Positions 31,185-41,181 of a stretch of DNA of 64,000 nt are shown one piece after another. A model generated the notes under the pieces. That model did no database searches. It had not been told where the DNA came from and saw only the letters and a list, made by a program, of their open reading frames with translations. A program made the translations under genes and the position numbers. This stretch comes from Candidatus Entotheonellaceae bacterium. Lineage in GTDB: Bacteria; Tectomicrobia; Entotheonellia; Entotheonellales; Entotheonellaceae. Numbering within the stretch: position 1 is the first letter of the stretch; the number at the start of each line of letters is the position of its first letter. The stretch spans positions 512,001 to 576,000 of the forward strand of contig OZ250173.1 of assembly GCA_965238075.1 (NCBI GenBank), written 5' to 3'.

Positions 31185-32468
31185 CTAGAAATCCACCTGG
31201 AAGCGCATGGACACGATCGTGGTGAGTTCATCTTCAAGATCGCCGCGATCCAGATAAGCCGCAACGTAATTGAACGTCACGCGGGCGTTGTTGTGGGGGT
31301 ACCAATTCAGGCCAAGCGTCCAGTTACGCTCTACGCCACCTTCAAAATCACCGTCGCTGAGATCGACTCTCGACATGCGGGCCGCGATTTCGACCGCCCC
31401 CATGGTGCCCTTCTTCAGGTCGAACTGGCGTTTCGGCTTCGGACGGCCAAAGGCGCCGCCACTGTAGGGCCGCGACTTACCCGTCAGGAAATAACTTCCC
31501 ATAACGTAGTAGGCTGAGAACGTGGGGTGTTCCGTTCCCATGACGTCTGGCGTGGCGTTCATGTATTCCGCCTGGACGGAAATCGGCCCATACACCAAGA
31601 CGCCTTCCAAGCCGATTTGGTCAACCCGGTCGGATTCGCGAGAAGCTTTGACGAGCTTGACGGCCTTGGTCCTTCCATCGGGGCGAGGGTCGAAATTGAA
31701 TCCCTCTTCTTTCTGCAAGTGATAGACGAGACCTACGTGGGCCAACTGGGTCTTGCTGGCTTGGAAGGGCGTGGCTGCCAATCTGAGGATCAAGTTGTTG
31801 TCGGGGTTGTCGGTGCGATCGACCGTTCCATTGCTATCGGAACGTGTCATGGAGATGGCCCAATGGAGGCGTTTGTCCAAGACGCTGTTTTTTAGCAGAA
31901 TGCCGACTTGCCAGCCAGGTACGAAGGCGTCCGTGAGGGAATGCTCCTGAAAGGTGATGAAACGATCGCTGGTCGACCCCTCAAGGCCAAACGGAGTCTT
32001 GAATCTGCCGACATAGATGTTGCCGACAGCCGGCAACTTGACGAATCCCGGGTAGACGTCGGTCCAACTTATGCTGCCGCCGGCGAAATCATATTCGGCC
32101 TTGAAGCGGATGTACTTGTGCAGTGTACCCCGGATGTAGATGCGGCTGCGGCGGAAGAAGATGCGGTCTTTCGGCTCGTCCTCCGGCCACAATCCAGAGC
32201 TTTCAATCTCATCGCTCGGCCGGATAAAGTTCCAGTCGTTCTGGATACGACCGCCGATACGAACCTCGACGTTCTTATCCAGGGTGCGGATACGTAGCCC
32301 GTTATGCCACAGCGCCTCCATGTTCTTCGATGCGTCCGCCTTGGCGGAATCTTCCAGGCGCTGGACACGCTCCTCCAGGCTCATCGGGGCCTGAACCATC
32401 GTGCCGGCGCCCAGGATGACCACCACCAGACCTAACGCTAATATGCTTACTCGCAACCGGCATTTCAC
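31185..32468 (-). CDS. Phosphate-selective porin (OprO/OprP family)
   Basis: GGRIQND, FRRSRI, FKAEYDF, GRFKTPFGLE, QAEYM, TLGLNWY, terminal RFQVDF. Confidence 0.88.
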   Translation of the reverse strand: MKCRLRVSILALGLVVVILGAGTMVQAPMSLEERVQRLEDSAKADASKNMEALWHNGLRIRTLDKNVEVRIGGRIQNDWNFIRPSDEIESSGLWPEDEPKDRIFFRRSRIYIRGTLHKYIRFKAEYDFAGGSISWTDVYPGFVKLPAVGNIYVGRFKTPFGLEGSTSDRFITFQEHSLTDAFVPGWQVGILLKNSVLDKRLHWAISMTRSDSNGTVDRTDNPDNNLILRLAATPFQASKTQLAHVGLVYHLQKEEGFNFDPRPDGRTKAVKLVKASRESDRVDQIGLEGVLVYGPISVQAEYMNATPDVMGTEHPTFSAYYVMGSYFLTGKSRPYSGGAFGRPKPKRQFDLKKGTMGAVEIAARMSRVDLSDGDFEGGVERNWTLGLNWYPHNNARVTFNYVAAYLDRGDLEDELTTIVSMRFQVDF

Positions 32469-32591
32469 TTAATCCTCCCTATTCCATATCAGGATGGGTC
32501 TCTACCTCAAATCCTTTGTTCCCCAAGTCTGGTCGGATGTCGCCGCGGACACGAACAAGGTACGGTGAATGGCAAGAAGATACCTGGCCAT

Positions 32592-32621
32592 CCATTAGGA
32601 ACGGGTAAAGATCAGGTTAAA
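32592..32621 (-). promoter_or_regulatory. Candidate Pho-box-like repeats upstream of the porin
   Basis: Minus strand TTTAACCT, CTTTACCC, CCTAATGG at 11-bp period. Confidence 0.5.
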
Positions 32622-32648
32622 TATCGGTACAATACGCATCCGCGGGGT

Positions 32649-33479
32649 TCAGGTGGGATTCGCGTCGTGCCGTTCAGCCGCCAGGCGCCACACCAGACCG
32701 CCCAACGGTCCGCCGATCAACGGCCCGACGATATACACCCAGAAGCCGCCGTCCGGTCCGGGAATCGCCACCCTCCCCCAGCCCAGCACGAAGGCCACCA
32801 GGCGCGGGCCGAAATCGCGCGCCGGATTCCAGCCGCCCTGCGTCAGCGGCGCGAACAGGCTGATCAGCACCGCCACGGTGAAGCCGATAAAGAACGGCGT
32901 CAGGTTGACGCCGGGCTTGTCAGCGTTGCGCGGCGACGTGAGCGCGAAGATCACCAGCACCAGCACCGCAGTGCCAAATCCCTCAACCAGCGCCGCCTGC
33001 CAGGGGGAAACGAGGGCGCGCGCCGTTGCGTCGGTGCCGAACATCGCCGGGTTGGGAAAGTATTCGCCAAAGACCATGGCGGACAACTCACTGCCCGGCG
33101 CGCCGCGCACGATCCCCTTGACCGCCTCGAAGCGCCGCAGCAGGGGGCCAAACAACACGGCCACCGTGGCGCCGGCCAGAACCGCGCCGGCGAGTTGCGC
33201 CGCCACGTAGGGCAGCAGTCGCTTGGCAGGGAAACCCGCCGGACGCAGCAAGGCCATGGACAGGGAGACCGCCGGGTTGAGGTGCGCCCCCGACAGACCG
33301 GCCGACACGTAGATCGCCAGCGTAACGCCAAAGCCCCATACTGCCGCCACCTGCCACAACCCCACCTGCGCGCCCGACAACACCGCGCTCGCCACCGATC
33401 CGGTGCCGAACAGTACCAACAGGTAGGTGCCCAGCACCTCGCCTGCCAACGCCCGCCGCATCGGTGGGTGGGGGTTCAT
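32649..33479 (-). CDS. MIP channel, aquaglyceroporin (GlpF-like)
   Basis: SGAHLNPAVS and WNPARDFGPR (Asp after the second NPA-R indicates GlpF type). Confidence 0.9.
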   Translation of the reverse strand: MNPHPPMRRALAGEVLGTYLLVLFGTGSVASAVLSGAQVGLWQVAAVWGFGVTLAIYVSAGLSGAHLNPAVSLSMALLRPAGFPAKRLLPYVAAQLAGAVLAGATVAVLFGPLLRRFEAVKGIVRGAPGSELSAMVFGEYFPNPAMFGTDATARALVSPWQAALVEGFGTAVLVLVIFALTSPRNADKPGVNLTPFFIGFTVAVLISLFAPLTQGGWNPARDFGPRLVAFVLGWGRVAIPGPDGGFWVYIVGPLIGGPLGGLVWRLAAERHDANPT

Positions 33480-33581
33480 GGCCGTGTCTCCCTTATCTGC
33501 GTGGGGCTTACGTTATCAGCAGGACGTTAACGTGGGGCTGAAATCTTATTGTGTTCGCGTTAGGACGCCGTGACTGTGCAC

Positions 33582-33731
33582 CTAGAGCACTTTCGGATCA
33601 GGACGACTTGCATCTGAGACGCGTCTCGCTTCGGCTTTCCCCTCCCCCCTTCGGCGGGGGAGGGTCAGGGAGAGGGGGCGTATGGGCCGGCGGATATCTT
33701 CCTGATGCAATCAGATACGGAAATGCACTAG
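33582..33731. mobile_element. CTAG-bounded MITE-like element with internal GC palindrome
   Basis: Starts CTAGAGCACTTTCGGATC and ends GATACGGAAATGCACTAG (imperfect inverted termini); internal CCTCCCC..GGGGAGG hairpin; non-coding. Confidence 0.65.
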
Positions 33732-33819
33732 CAAAAGGTGGAGTCGCACGTGGAAGTCCGGGTGGTGTCGTGGAAGCAACCCTATTTCTTGACCTCGCGT
33801 GCGGGTGATATTGCGCCTT

Positions 33820-33903
33820 GTCACCCCGGCGAAAGCCGGGGTCCAGGTGCTTTCTGGGAGCAACGAACCGGGGCCGCTGGATTCCGGCATGCGCCGAAAT
33901 GAC
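33820..33903. repeat. Paired inverted palindromic repeat
   Basis: GTCACCCCGGCGAAAGCCGGGGTCCAG ... CTGGATTCCGGCATGCGCCGAAATGAC, two related hairpins in inverted orientation. Confidence 0.7.
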
Positions 33904-34021
33904 CATTTGGGGCAGAGGCATGGTGGACTGGGGTGGGATCGACGTTATCTGTTGCAGGTGTACACCGACTGACGCCCCCAGCAACTGCCATGCTCGGCCG
34001 CGCCGATCAAAGGGGCGGAAC

Positions 34022-34055
34022 AAAAAAAGGCCGCAGACGCTGAAGGTCTGCGGCC
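34022..34055 (-). terminator. Intrinsic terminator of the amidohydrolase gene
   Basis: Perfect 10-bp stem GGCCGCAGAC/GTCTGCGGCC followed by T7 on the minus strand, just past the stop. Confidence 0.85.
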
Positions 34056-34082
34056 CGAAAGTGCCGTGGAACGGCTTATTGA

Positions 34083-35588
34083 CTATGCCCGCCTGGCGAT
34101 ATACCCATAGGCTGCGTTGTCACGCATGGCCTCAAGGCTGCCGGCCTGGCGGTATTCCTGTTTCAACTGCGCAAACTTGTCCTCGGTCAGCGGACGATAA
34201 TCCGCGCTCAGGTCAAGGTTGTACACGCGGGCGGAGTTGTGCCCGAAGATCTGATTCTTGACCGCGCCATTGGCCGGACCTAACGGCGCAAAGCCATGCT
34301 TCTTCTGCATATCCTCCGGGATTTCGAGGCGGCGGAACGCCTCGATCTGCCACTGCGGCGAGCCGTACCACACCGAATCAGAGCCCCATACCACGTTGGA
34401 AGCCCCGAGGCCCTTGATCCACGTCCCCAGCAGCGCCGCCGAAAATCGCGGGTTCACCGAGGACATAGCGAAGCTGGTGCCCATCTCCGCGTAGACGTTG
34501 TTGGTACCCGTGGATTCGGGCACCCTGGCAAGATCGCTCGCCCACTTGATTTCGCCGGTGCGCTCAAACTCCTCCAGCACCGCCGTCGGGTCTTCCAGGA
34601 ACGGCCGCAGGCAGCCGTGGTAGATGACGAAGTTGAGCTGCGGCCAATCCTTGGCGGCCTTGAGCAGGTCGCGCGGCGTCTGATACTGCCACACCCCGGC
34701 CCAGCTCTGCTCGTAATCCGCCGGCATCAGTCCCTTGTGAATGCACATGGTCCGGATGCCCGCCTTGTCGATCTTCTCGTAGAACGGATACATCAGCTTC
34801 TCGTCGTCGAGCCAGAACGGGTACTTCGTCTTGGCCGTCAGCGGATCGCCGATGGTGTACAGCTTCCAACTGGCGGGCGGGCGCTCGGCGAGCGCCTGGT
34901 CCACCTCGTCCATCCAGCCGGGCTGCCCGGGGGTGACGACCGCATGACCCAGCATGCGCGTGCTGCCCGCGGTGGTGTTGACCATCTTCACGGCTTCGTG
35001 GATCTGCTCGTTAGGCAGGATCCACCACGACGGATCGTCAAACGGCGCTCCGCTCAACACCGCCACCGAGGTGTCGCTGTTCAAGTAGATTTGCCGGACG
35101 TAGTTCTCGAACTTGTAGTAGTAGAGGTTGGTCTGTTCGTCCTGGGTCAACGCCGGGTTCCAGAACTGCCCTGCATACTGACCCAGCCCTAACAGTTCCT
35201 CATACTGGAAATCATCGCGGATGAAGTGCGTCTGGTCATCGAAGATGAACTGGCCCTTGAGCGCCTCGACACGCTCCGCCGCTCTGGCGGGGTCGGCTGC
35301 CTCGGCCTCGGAGACATCATAGAAGTTGCCAAACACGTCGTTCATGGCCACGAAGGCCGCCGCCATGCCGCAGCTTGTGCTCAGGAATTGGCGCCGGTCC
35401 AAACCCTGTTTGGCGCCATATTTGTCCGCCAACTCCTTGATACGCGCTTCCACTTGCTGCTGTTGGCGCGTCTGCGGTAGCGGATTGAATTCCCCATTCG
35501 AGATCATTTGGGTCGGCACCGGCGAGCGAAAGGCTCCTTCCGCCGGTTCCACTTGTGCGAGTTCCCGATCGCTGAGATAAATGCCCAT
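34083..35588 (-). CDS. Amidohydrolase family protein with Tat-like motif (paralog of 2153-3544)
   Basis: SNGEF.P, RRQFL, DDQTH, CIHKG, VIYHG, VWGSDSVWYGSPQ; start at ATG 35588 (AAGGAGG RBS). Confidence 0.82.
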   Translation of the reverse strand: MGIYLSDRELAQVEPAEGAFRSPVPTQMISNGEFNPLPQTRQQQQVEARIKELADKYGAKQGLDRRQFLSTSCGMAAAFVAMNDVFGNFYDVSEAEAADPARAAERVEALKGQFIFDDQTHFIRDDFQYEELLGLGQYAGQFWNPALTQDEQTNLYYYKFENYVRQIYLNSDTSVAVLSGAPFDDPSWWILPNEQIHEAVKMVNTTAGSTRMLGHAVVTPGQPGWMDEVDQALAERPPASWKLYTIGDPLTAKTKYPFWLDDEKLMYPFYEKIDKAGIRTMCIHKGLMPADYEQSWAGVWQYQTPRDLLKAAKDWPQLNFVIYHGCLRPFLEDPTAVLEEFERTGEIKWASDLARVPESTGTNNVYAEMGTSFAMSSVNPRFSAALLGTWIKGLGASNVVWGSDSVWYGSPQWQIEAFRRLEIPEDMQKKHGFAPLGPANGAVKNQIFGHNSARVYNLDLSADYRPLTEDKFAQLKQEYRQAGSLEAMRDNAAYGYIARRA

Positions 35589-35986
35589 TACCTGATCCTC
35601 CTTCAGATTGACAGCAGTGACGGCAAAGGCCACGTCAGGACAACAACACAAACCATACCGCTTGCGCGCGTGAACGCATGCCCAGCGGGCATACCACCAT
35701 ACCCTCCTGAATTCAGGGTGGACCGGTTTCGTGTCACGCGTGCCTGTCAATATACCCTTGAAGTTTTTGATGTCTACCCAAATGTGGATTTCGTGCGATG
35801 CGTTTCGTTGATGAAGGCAATTGTTGCAACAAAACAGCGGGCTTGGAGGATTCCATTTCATCCTGAAACACTATATACCCACTCTCCCTGGCGGCTCTTC
35901 TGTCCTTGCTCACATCCGATCAATTGAAGTACGATAACCGAACCACACAATCGAGCGACTCTCTTACGCACCACTCCGAGGGAGCC

Positions 35987-38151
35987 ATGCCCAGCAGTCA
36001 GCCCGTGCCGTCGTGCCAAGCCATCGACCTGCAGGATCCCCGCCTTTACCTCAATCGCGAAACCGCTTGGCTGCAGTTCAATGGGCGGGTTCTGGAAGAG
36101 GCCCTGAACGCCGACAACCCGCTTCTGGAGCGCGTCAAGTTTCTGTCCATATTCGCCACCAACCTGGACGAATTCTTCATGATCCGCGTCTCCGGCCTCA
36201 GCCGTCAGGTGACCGGCGGCGTCCTGGAAGCGCCGCCGGACGGTATGACGCCCCTGGAACAATTGGCGGCCATCCGCAAGACGCTTCTCGGCCATTTGGA
36301 ACAGGCCCTGGATTGCTGGCACCGCGATCTGTCTCCCAGGCTGCGGGACAGCGGCGTACCCATTCTGGGGATGTCCGAACTGGGCCACCACCAGAAGGCT
36401 TGGCTGCGTCGTTACTTCGCACGCGAGATTTTCCCGGCCCTGACGCCGTTAGCCTTCGACCCAGCCTGCACATAGCCTTCGACCCAGCCCACCCCTTCCC
36501 GCACATCTCCAACCTGAGCTTCAACCTCGCCGTGGTGGTCAGCGACCCGCAGGGCGGCGAGCGCTTCGCGCGCGTCAAAATCTCCGACGTGTCGCCCAGT
36601 CTGATGTGCCTGCCGAACGAAGCCGACCTCGAAAAGAACCCCGAAACCGATGTCAGCGAGGTGCAGGCCAGTAACTTCGTGCCCGTTGAGGAAGTGGTGG
36701 CGGCCAACCTTGACATGCTGTTTCCGGGCATCGACGTCATGGCCGCCTACCCGTTCCGCATCACCCGCGACGCCGACCTGGAAATAAAGGACGACGAAGC
36801 GTCCGACCTGCTGACCAGCGTCGAGGCACAAATCGAAATGCGCCACTGGGGCTCGGTCGTTCGGCTGGAGATTGACCGCAACATGCCGGAACGCATCCGC
36901 GACGTGCTGAAGCGCAACCTGGAGCTGGAACCGTTCCAGGTATACACCATCGACGGCCCGCTGAACTTGGCCGGGTTGATGGAACTGACCCGCGTCGAAC
37001 GCCCGGACCTGAAGGACCAACCGTACCTGCCGGTCATCGCCCCGCCGCTGGCCAAGCGCGAACGGCTGTTCGACACTATCCGGCGCCAGGACGTGCTGCT
37101 CTATCACCCGTACGACAGCTTCGTGCCCGTGGTGGACTTCATCCGCGAGGCCGCCAGCGACCCGGACGTGCTGGCAATCAAGCAGACGCTGTACCGCGTC
37201 GGACCCAATTCGCCCATTGTCGCGGCCCTGATGGAGGCGAGAGAGAACCAAAAACAGGTGGCCGTGCTGCTCGAACTGAAGGCGCGCTTCGACGAGGAGA
37301 ACAACATCGCCTGGGCGCGGGCGCTGGAGGACGAGGGGGTGCACGTGGTCTATGGCGTGCTGGGGCTCAAGACGCACGCCAAGATGTGCCTGGTGGTACG
37401 CCGTGACCCGGACGGCATCCGCTGCTACGTGCATCTGGGCACCGGCAACTACAACCCGGTCACCAGCCGCATTTACACTGACCTGAGCTACTTCACCTGC
37501 AACCCGGACATCAGCGCCGACGTGGCGGACCTGTTCAACGCCCTGACGGGATATTCGGATAAGGGAACCTACCGCCGGCTGCTGGTGGCGCCGCGCACCA
37601 TGCGGCAGCAGATCGGGGCGCGCATCGAGCGCGAGATTGCCCGCCACCGCGAGCACGGCGACGGCTACATTGCCTTCAAGATGAACGCCTTGGTGGATAC
37701 GGACTGCATCCAGGCTCTGTACCGCGCCTCGCAGGCCGGTGTGCCCATTGACCTGCAGGTGCGCGGCATCTGCTGCCTGTCGCCGGGTGTGCCGGGAGTG
37801 AGCGAGACCATTACGGTGACCTCGATCGTCGGACGTTTTCTCGAACACGCACGCATTTATTTCTTCCGAAACGGGGGGCAGTCCGAGGTGTTTCTGGGCA
37901 GCGCCGACCTGATGCCGCGCAACCTGGACCGGCGCGTCGAGATTCTGTTCCCGGTGGTGCCGTCACGGCTGCGCGACACCATTATCCGCGACATCCTCGA
38001 GGTGCATCTGAAGGACAACACGCGGGCACGGTGTTTGTTGGCCGATGGCCATTACGAGCCGCTTGGTGGGGCGCCGGGGACGATTCCGCTCAACTCCCAG
38101 GAATGGCTGATGCAACATTGGCGAGACAAAGGAACGATACGTGAAGGGTAA
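35987..38151 (+). pseudogene. ppk1: Polyphosphate kinase 1, interrupted by a 23-bp insertion
   Basis: YLNRE..WLQFN.RVL, NLDEFFMIRV, HPYDSF, IKQTLYR, ELKARFDE, KTHAK, GRFLEH, SADLMPRNL split over two frames at 36450-36489. Confidence 0.9.
36450..36489 (+). repeat. 17-bp direct repeat flanking TGCACA inside ppk1
   Basis: TAGCCTTCGACCCAGCC at 36450-36466 and 36473-36489. Confidence 0.95.
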
Positions 38152-38158
38152 ATACGTC

Positions 38159-39541
38159 ATGGCCTTTATGGTCAAGGACAAGCAGGATGCCGACTTCTGT
38201 TTCCACGGCGCCCGGACCCTGTTGCAGCACCTCAACACCATGAGCGGGATGATCGACGGCGTGCGGCAGAACGAGGACATCGAGTGCCTGCACCGCATGC
38301 GGGTCGCCTCGCGCCGCCTACGCAGCCTGCTGCCGCTGTTCAGTGACTGCCTGCCGCCGAAACAGCGCACGCGCTGGCGCAAGCAACTGCGCCGGGTGAC
38401 GCGGGCCTTGGGCAAGGCGCGGGATGCCGACGTGCAAATCGCCTGTCTGCAAGAGGCGCTGGCCGCCTGCAGCGACGACCGGCAACGCCCCGGGCTGGAA
38501 CGCCTGCTATTGCGCTTCAAGCAGCAGCGTCAGGCCATGCAGGCACCGCTCGTGAGCACCCTGGCGCGCCTGACATCGCCCCGCCGCCTCAGCCGGATGG
38601 AGATGGCTCTGCGCTACCTGCTCGCCACCAGCCAACTGTACGCTACCCCCGAATCGGCTCGTCACACCTACCACCGCAGTCGCAATGCCATTCTGCGGCG
38701 CCTGCAGACGGTGCTGGCCGCCGCCGCAACCATTCGCGGCCCCCAGAGCGGCGCGCAATTGCACGCCACGCGCGTCACCATCAAGCGGCTGCGCTACACC
38801 CTGCAGGCGTTCGCGCCACTGTACCCGGACACCCTCAATGACGCCATCCGCGCGGCCCGCAAGCTCCAGGACGTGCTGGGGAACCTGCACGACTGCGACG
38901 TGTGGGTGGGAACCCTGCCGCAGTTTCTTGAGGAAGAAAAGGCGCGCACCCTGACGTATTTCGGCGACACCCAGCCCTTCGAGGCCCTGGCTCCGGGCGT
39001 CATGGCGCTGCGCGACCAGCGCCAGCAGCACCGCGTCAAATTCTTCAAGGAGTTCGAGGCGCTGTGGCAACGGGCGCTAGATAAAGACGTCTGGGTCCGA
39101 CTGTGCCGCGCCCTGGACACCCCGCCGCTGCCGGCGCACGAGAATGGCCCCGAGCCCGCCTCGGCAGCAGCCGGCGTGGAACTGCCGATGCCGGAAGAAC
39201 TGGTACAACTGGAAGACACTCTGCGCGCTTCGCACCAGGCTTGGCAGTGGCATGTGGCGACGCTCATCACGCGCGTTCCTGCCGGTCGGCTGATCACATA
39301 CGGGCGCCTGGCCGAGTGGGCCAACGCCTCTCATGGCCTGCGGATTGGCGCCTCCAACGTGGCTTGGCTGCGCACCCACCTGCAGAACCTGTTCGGCGGC
39401 AGCACTGCCGTGCCTCTTCACCGCCTGGCCAAAACCGGCGATCTGTACTCCCTCCAGGAAACCCCCGCGCGCAAAAGGCTCAACGATCAATTGCGCGCCC
39501 CGGAAGGCTCCCTCACACACCCCCTGTGGTGGCAGCCCTGA
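38159..39541 (+). CDS. CHAD (polyP-binding) domain protein with C-terminal MGMT/ATL-like domain
   Basis: LHRMRVASRRLRS, LGKARDADV, LHATRVTIKRLRY, LQDVLGNLHDCDV; then VPAGRLITYGRLA...VPLHRL. Confidence 0.82.
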   Translation: MAFMVKDKQDADFCFHGARTLLQHLNTMSGMIDGVRQNEDIECLHRMRVASRRLRSLLPLFSDCLPPKQRTRWRKQLRRVTRALGKARDADVQIACLQEALAACSDDRQRPGLERLLLRFKQQRQAMQAPLVSTLARLTSPRRLSRMEMALRYLLATSQLYATPESARHTYHRSRNAILRRLQTVLAAAATIRGPQSGAQLHATRVTIKRLRYTLQAFAPLYPDTLNDAIRAARKLQDVLGNLHDCDVWVGTLPQFLEEEKARTLTYFGDTQPFEALAPGVMALRDQRQQHRVKFFKEFEALWQRALDKDVWVRLCRALDTPPLPAHENGPEPASAAAGVELPMPEELVQLEDTLRASHQAWQWHVATLITRVPAGRLITYGRLAEWANASHGLRIGASNVAWLRTHLQNLFGGSTAVPLHRLAKTGDLYSLQETPARKRLNDQLRAPEGSLTHPLWWQP

Positions 39542-39606
39542 AGCCGTCCCAGCCCCGCGAAGCGAGTGATATCCGCTCGCTTCCCCATCACCTTTCGAGA
39601 GCCTGC

Positions 39607-40644
39607 ATGAACGCCACCCCGACGCCTACGGAAGCGCGCCATGTCGCCTTCATCGACATCGGCACCAACTCCATCCGCCTGTTGCTGGTACGCATCAATC
39701 CGAACCACTCAAACAACGTGCTCATCCAGCTCAAACAGACCGTGCGCCTGGGTGAGGGAGAATTCGACGCCCAGGTCCTGCAACCCGATGCCATCGACGG
39801 CGCCATAAGTGTCAGCCAACAGTTCGCTTCGCTGATTCGCTCATATGACGCCGACGACGTCATTGCCGTGGCCACCGCGGCGACCCGCGAGGCGAAGAAC
39901 CGGCGGGAGTTTATACAGCGCTTGCAGGAAGCGGCGCAGCTCGACGTGCGCGTGGTGTCGGGGCAGGAAGAGGCGCGACTGATCTATCTCGGCGTTTCCA
40001 GCGGCTTTCACCTTGAAGACAAACAGGCGTTCTTCATCGACATCGGCGGCGGCAGCACCGAGGTCATCCTGGGCACGCAGCACCATTACCACTACCTCAA
40101 CTCACTGAGGCTCGGGGCCATCCGCCTGAGCGCGCAGTTCCCCGCCGGCGCCCACGGGGTGGTATCGCCGGGCAAATACAGCCGCATCCTGCGCTACGTG
40201 CAGCGCCACGCCGTGCACACCCTGCGGGAAATACGAGGGCACGACATCGATCTCGCGCTCGGCAGTTCCGGCACCATCGAGAACCTCGCCGACATTGCAG
40301 CACGTCGCTTCGCCAAGCGGCGGTTGCAGCGCGACGACGTGCTGACGACAGCACATCTTCGGGAAGTCGTGAAGATGCTCGGTGCTATGCCACTGAAGGA
40401 ACGCCGCCGGGTGCCGGGGCTAAATCCCGAACGCGCCGATATCGTCCTGGCCGGCGGCGCCATTCTGGAAGCCTTCATGCAGGCCCTGGACATCCCGGCC
40501 ATCCGCATCAGCGACCGAGGGCTGCGCGAGGGGCTGCTCATGGATTAACTGCTGCGGCACGGGCATGCCACGGCGCTGCAGGACCTGTCCGTCCGCCAAC
40601 GCAGCGTCCTCGACTTGGGCCGCACCTGTCATTTCGACCAAGGC
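39607..40644 (+). pseudogene. ppx: Exopolyphosphatase Ppx/GppA, premature stop and 3' truncation
   Basis: IDIGTNSIRL, ATAATREA.N, EEARL, DIGGGSTE, GLREG; TAA at 40546-40548, Ppx-like sequence (SVRQRSVLDLGRTCHFD) continues in frame, then the HD domain is lost. Confidence 0.8.
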
Positions 40645-41181
40645 GATCTGAGAGTTACGATTTTCGGAGACTGTAATGACATAAACGACAAAAACGCTGA
40701 TCATCAGTGGAGGCTCAAGGAAGACGCGGTTTCGCTCCTCATACCAGGAACGTTTGTCCCCGGAATTGCGGCTTATTGCGCCCGCCATGTCGGCAGGGAC
40801 GAAGATCTTATTGCGGCAGCGACACTTTGGAATGAACGGCACAAAATATTTCTCCAACAAGTCATTCACGTCATACAGACAGAAGGAGGACTAACAGACC
40901 GCGAGAAGAGCGCGATCGATAAGTTGGCTTTTGTTATGGTAGAGAGAGAAGTGGGAGGGTCGGGCGACACGGCGAGTTATTGTCGGGGTGCATTTCGGGC
41001 AGACTGAAATCATTAACTCGGGTCAATTTGATCTTGACAAGATGGAGCAGACGAGAGCCACGCTCGGCCGAGTAATGGGTGAATAGGCCTGCTCCGGCCT
41101 CTTCTTTTGGCTGTTGACCTAGCCCCTTGAATCCGGGCCGCGGTGATGTAGAGTCCATTGGAGTTGGGAGGAAAGGGCTCT

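Noticed and set aside
35589-35861. Cys-rich N-terminal extension of the 592-aa amidohydrolase ORF
   Set aside because: A strong RBS precedes ATG 35588 and the paralog has no such extension.
36013-36472. N-terminus of the 712-aa ORF as a real alternative PPK1 start
   Set aside because: It is off-frame text; the conserved PPK1 N-terminal motifs are in the 35987 frame.
36440-36500. Programmed ribosomal frameshift in ppk1
   Set aside because: No slippery heptamer; the shift is fully explained by the duplication.
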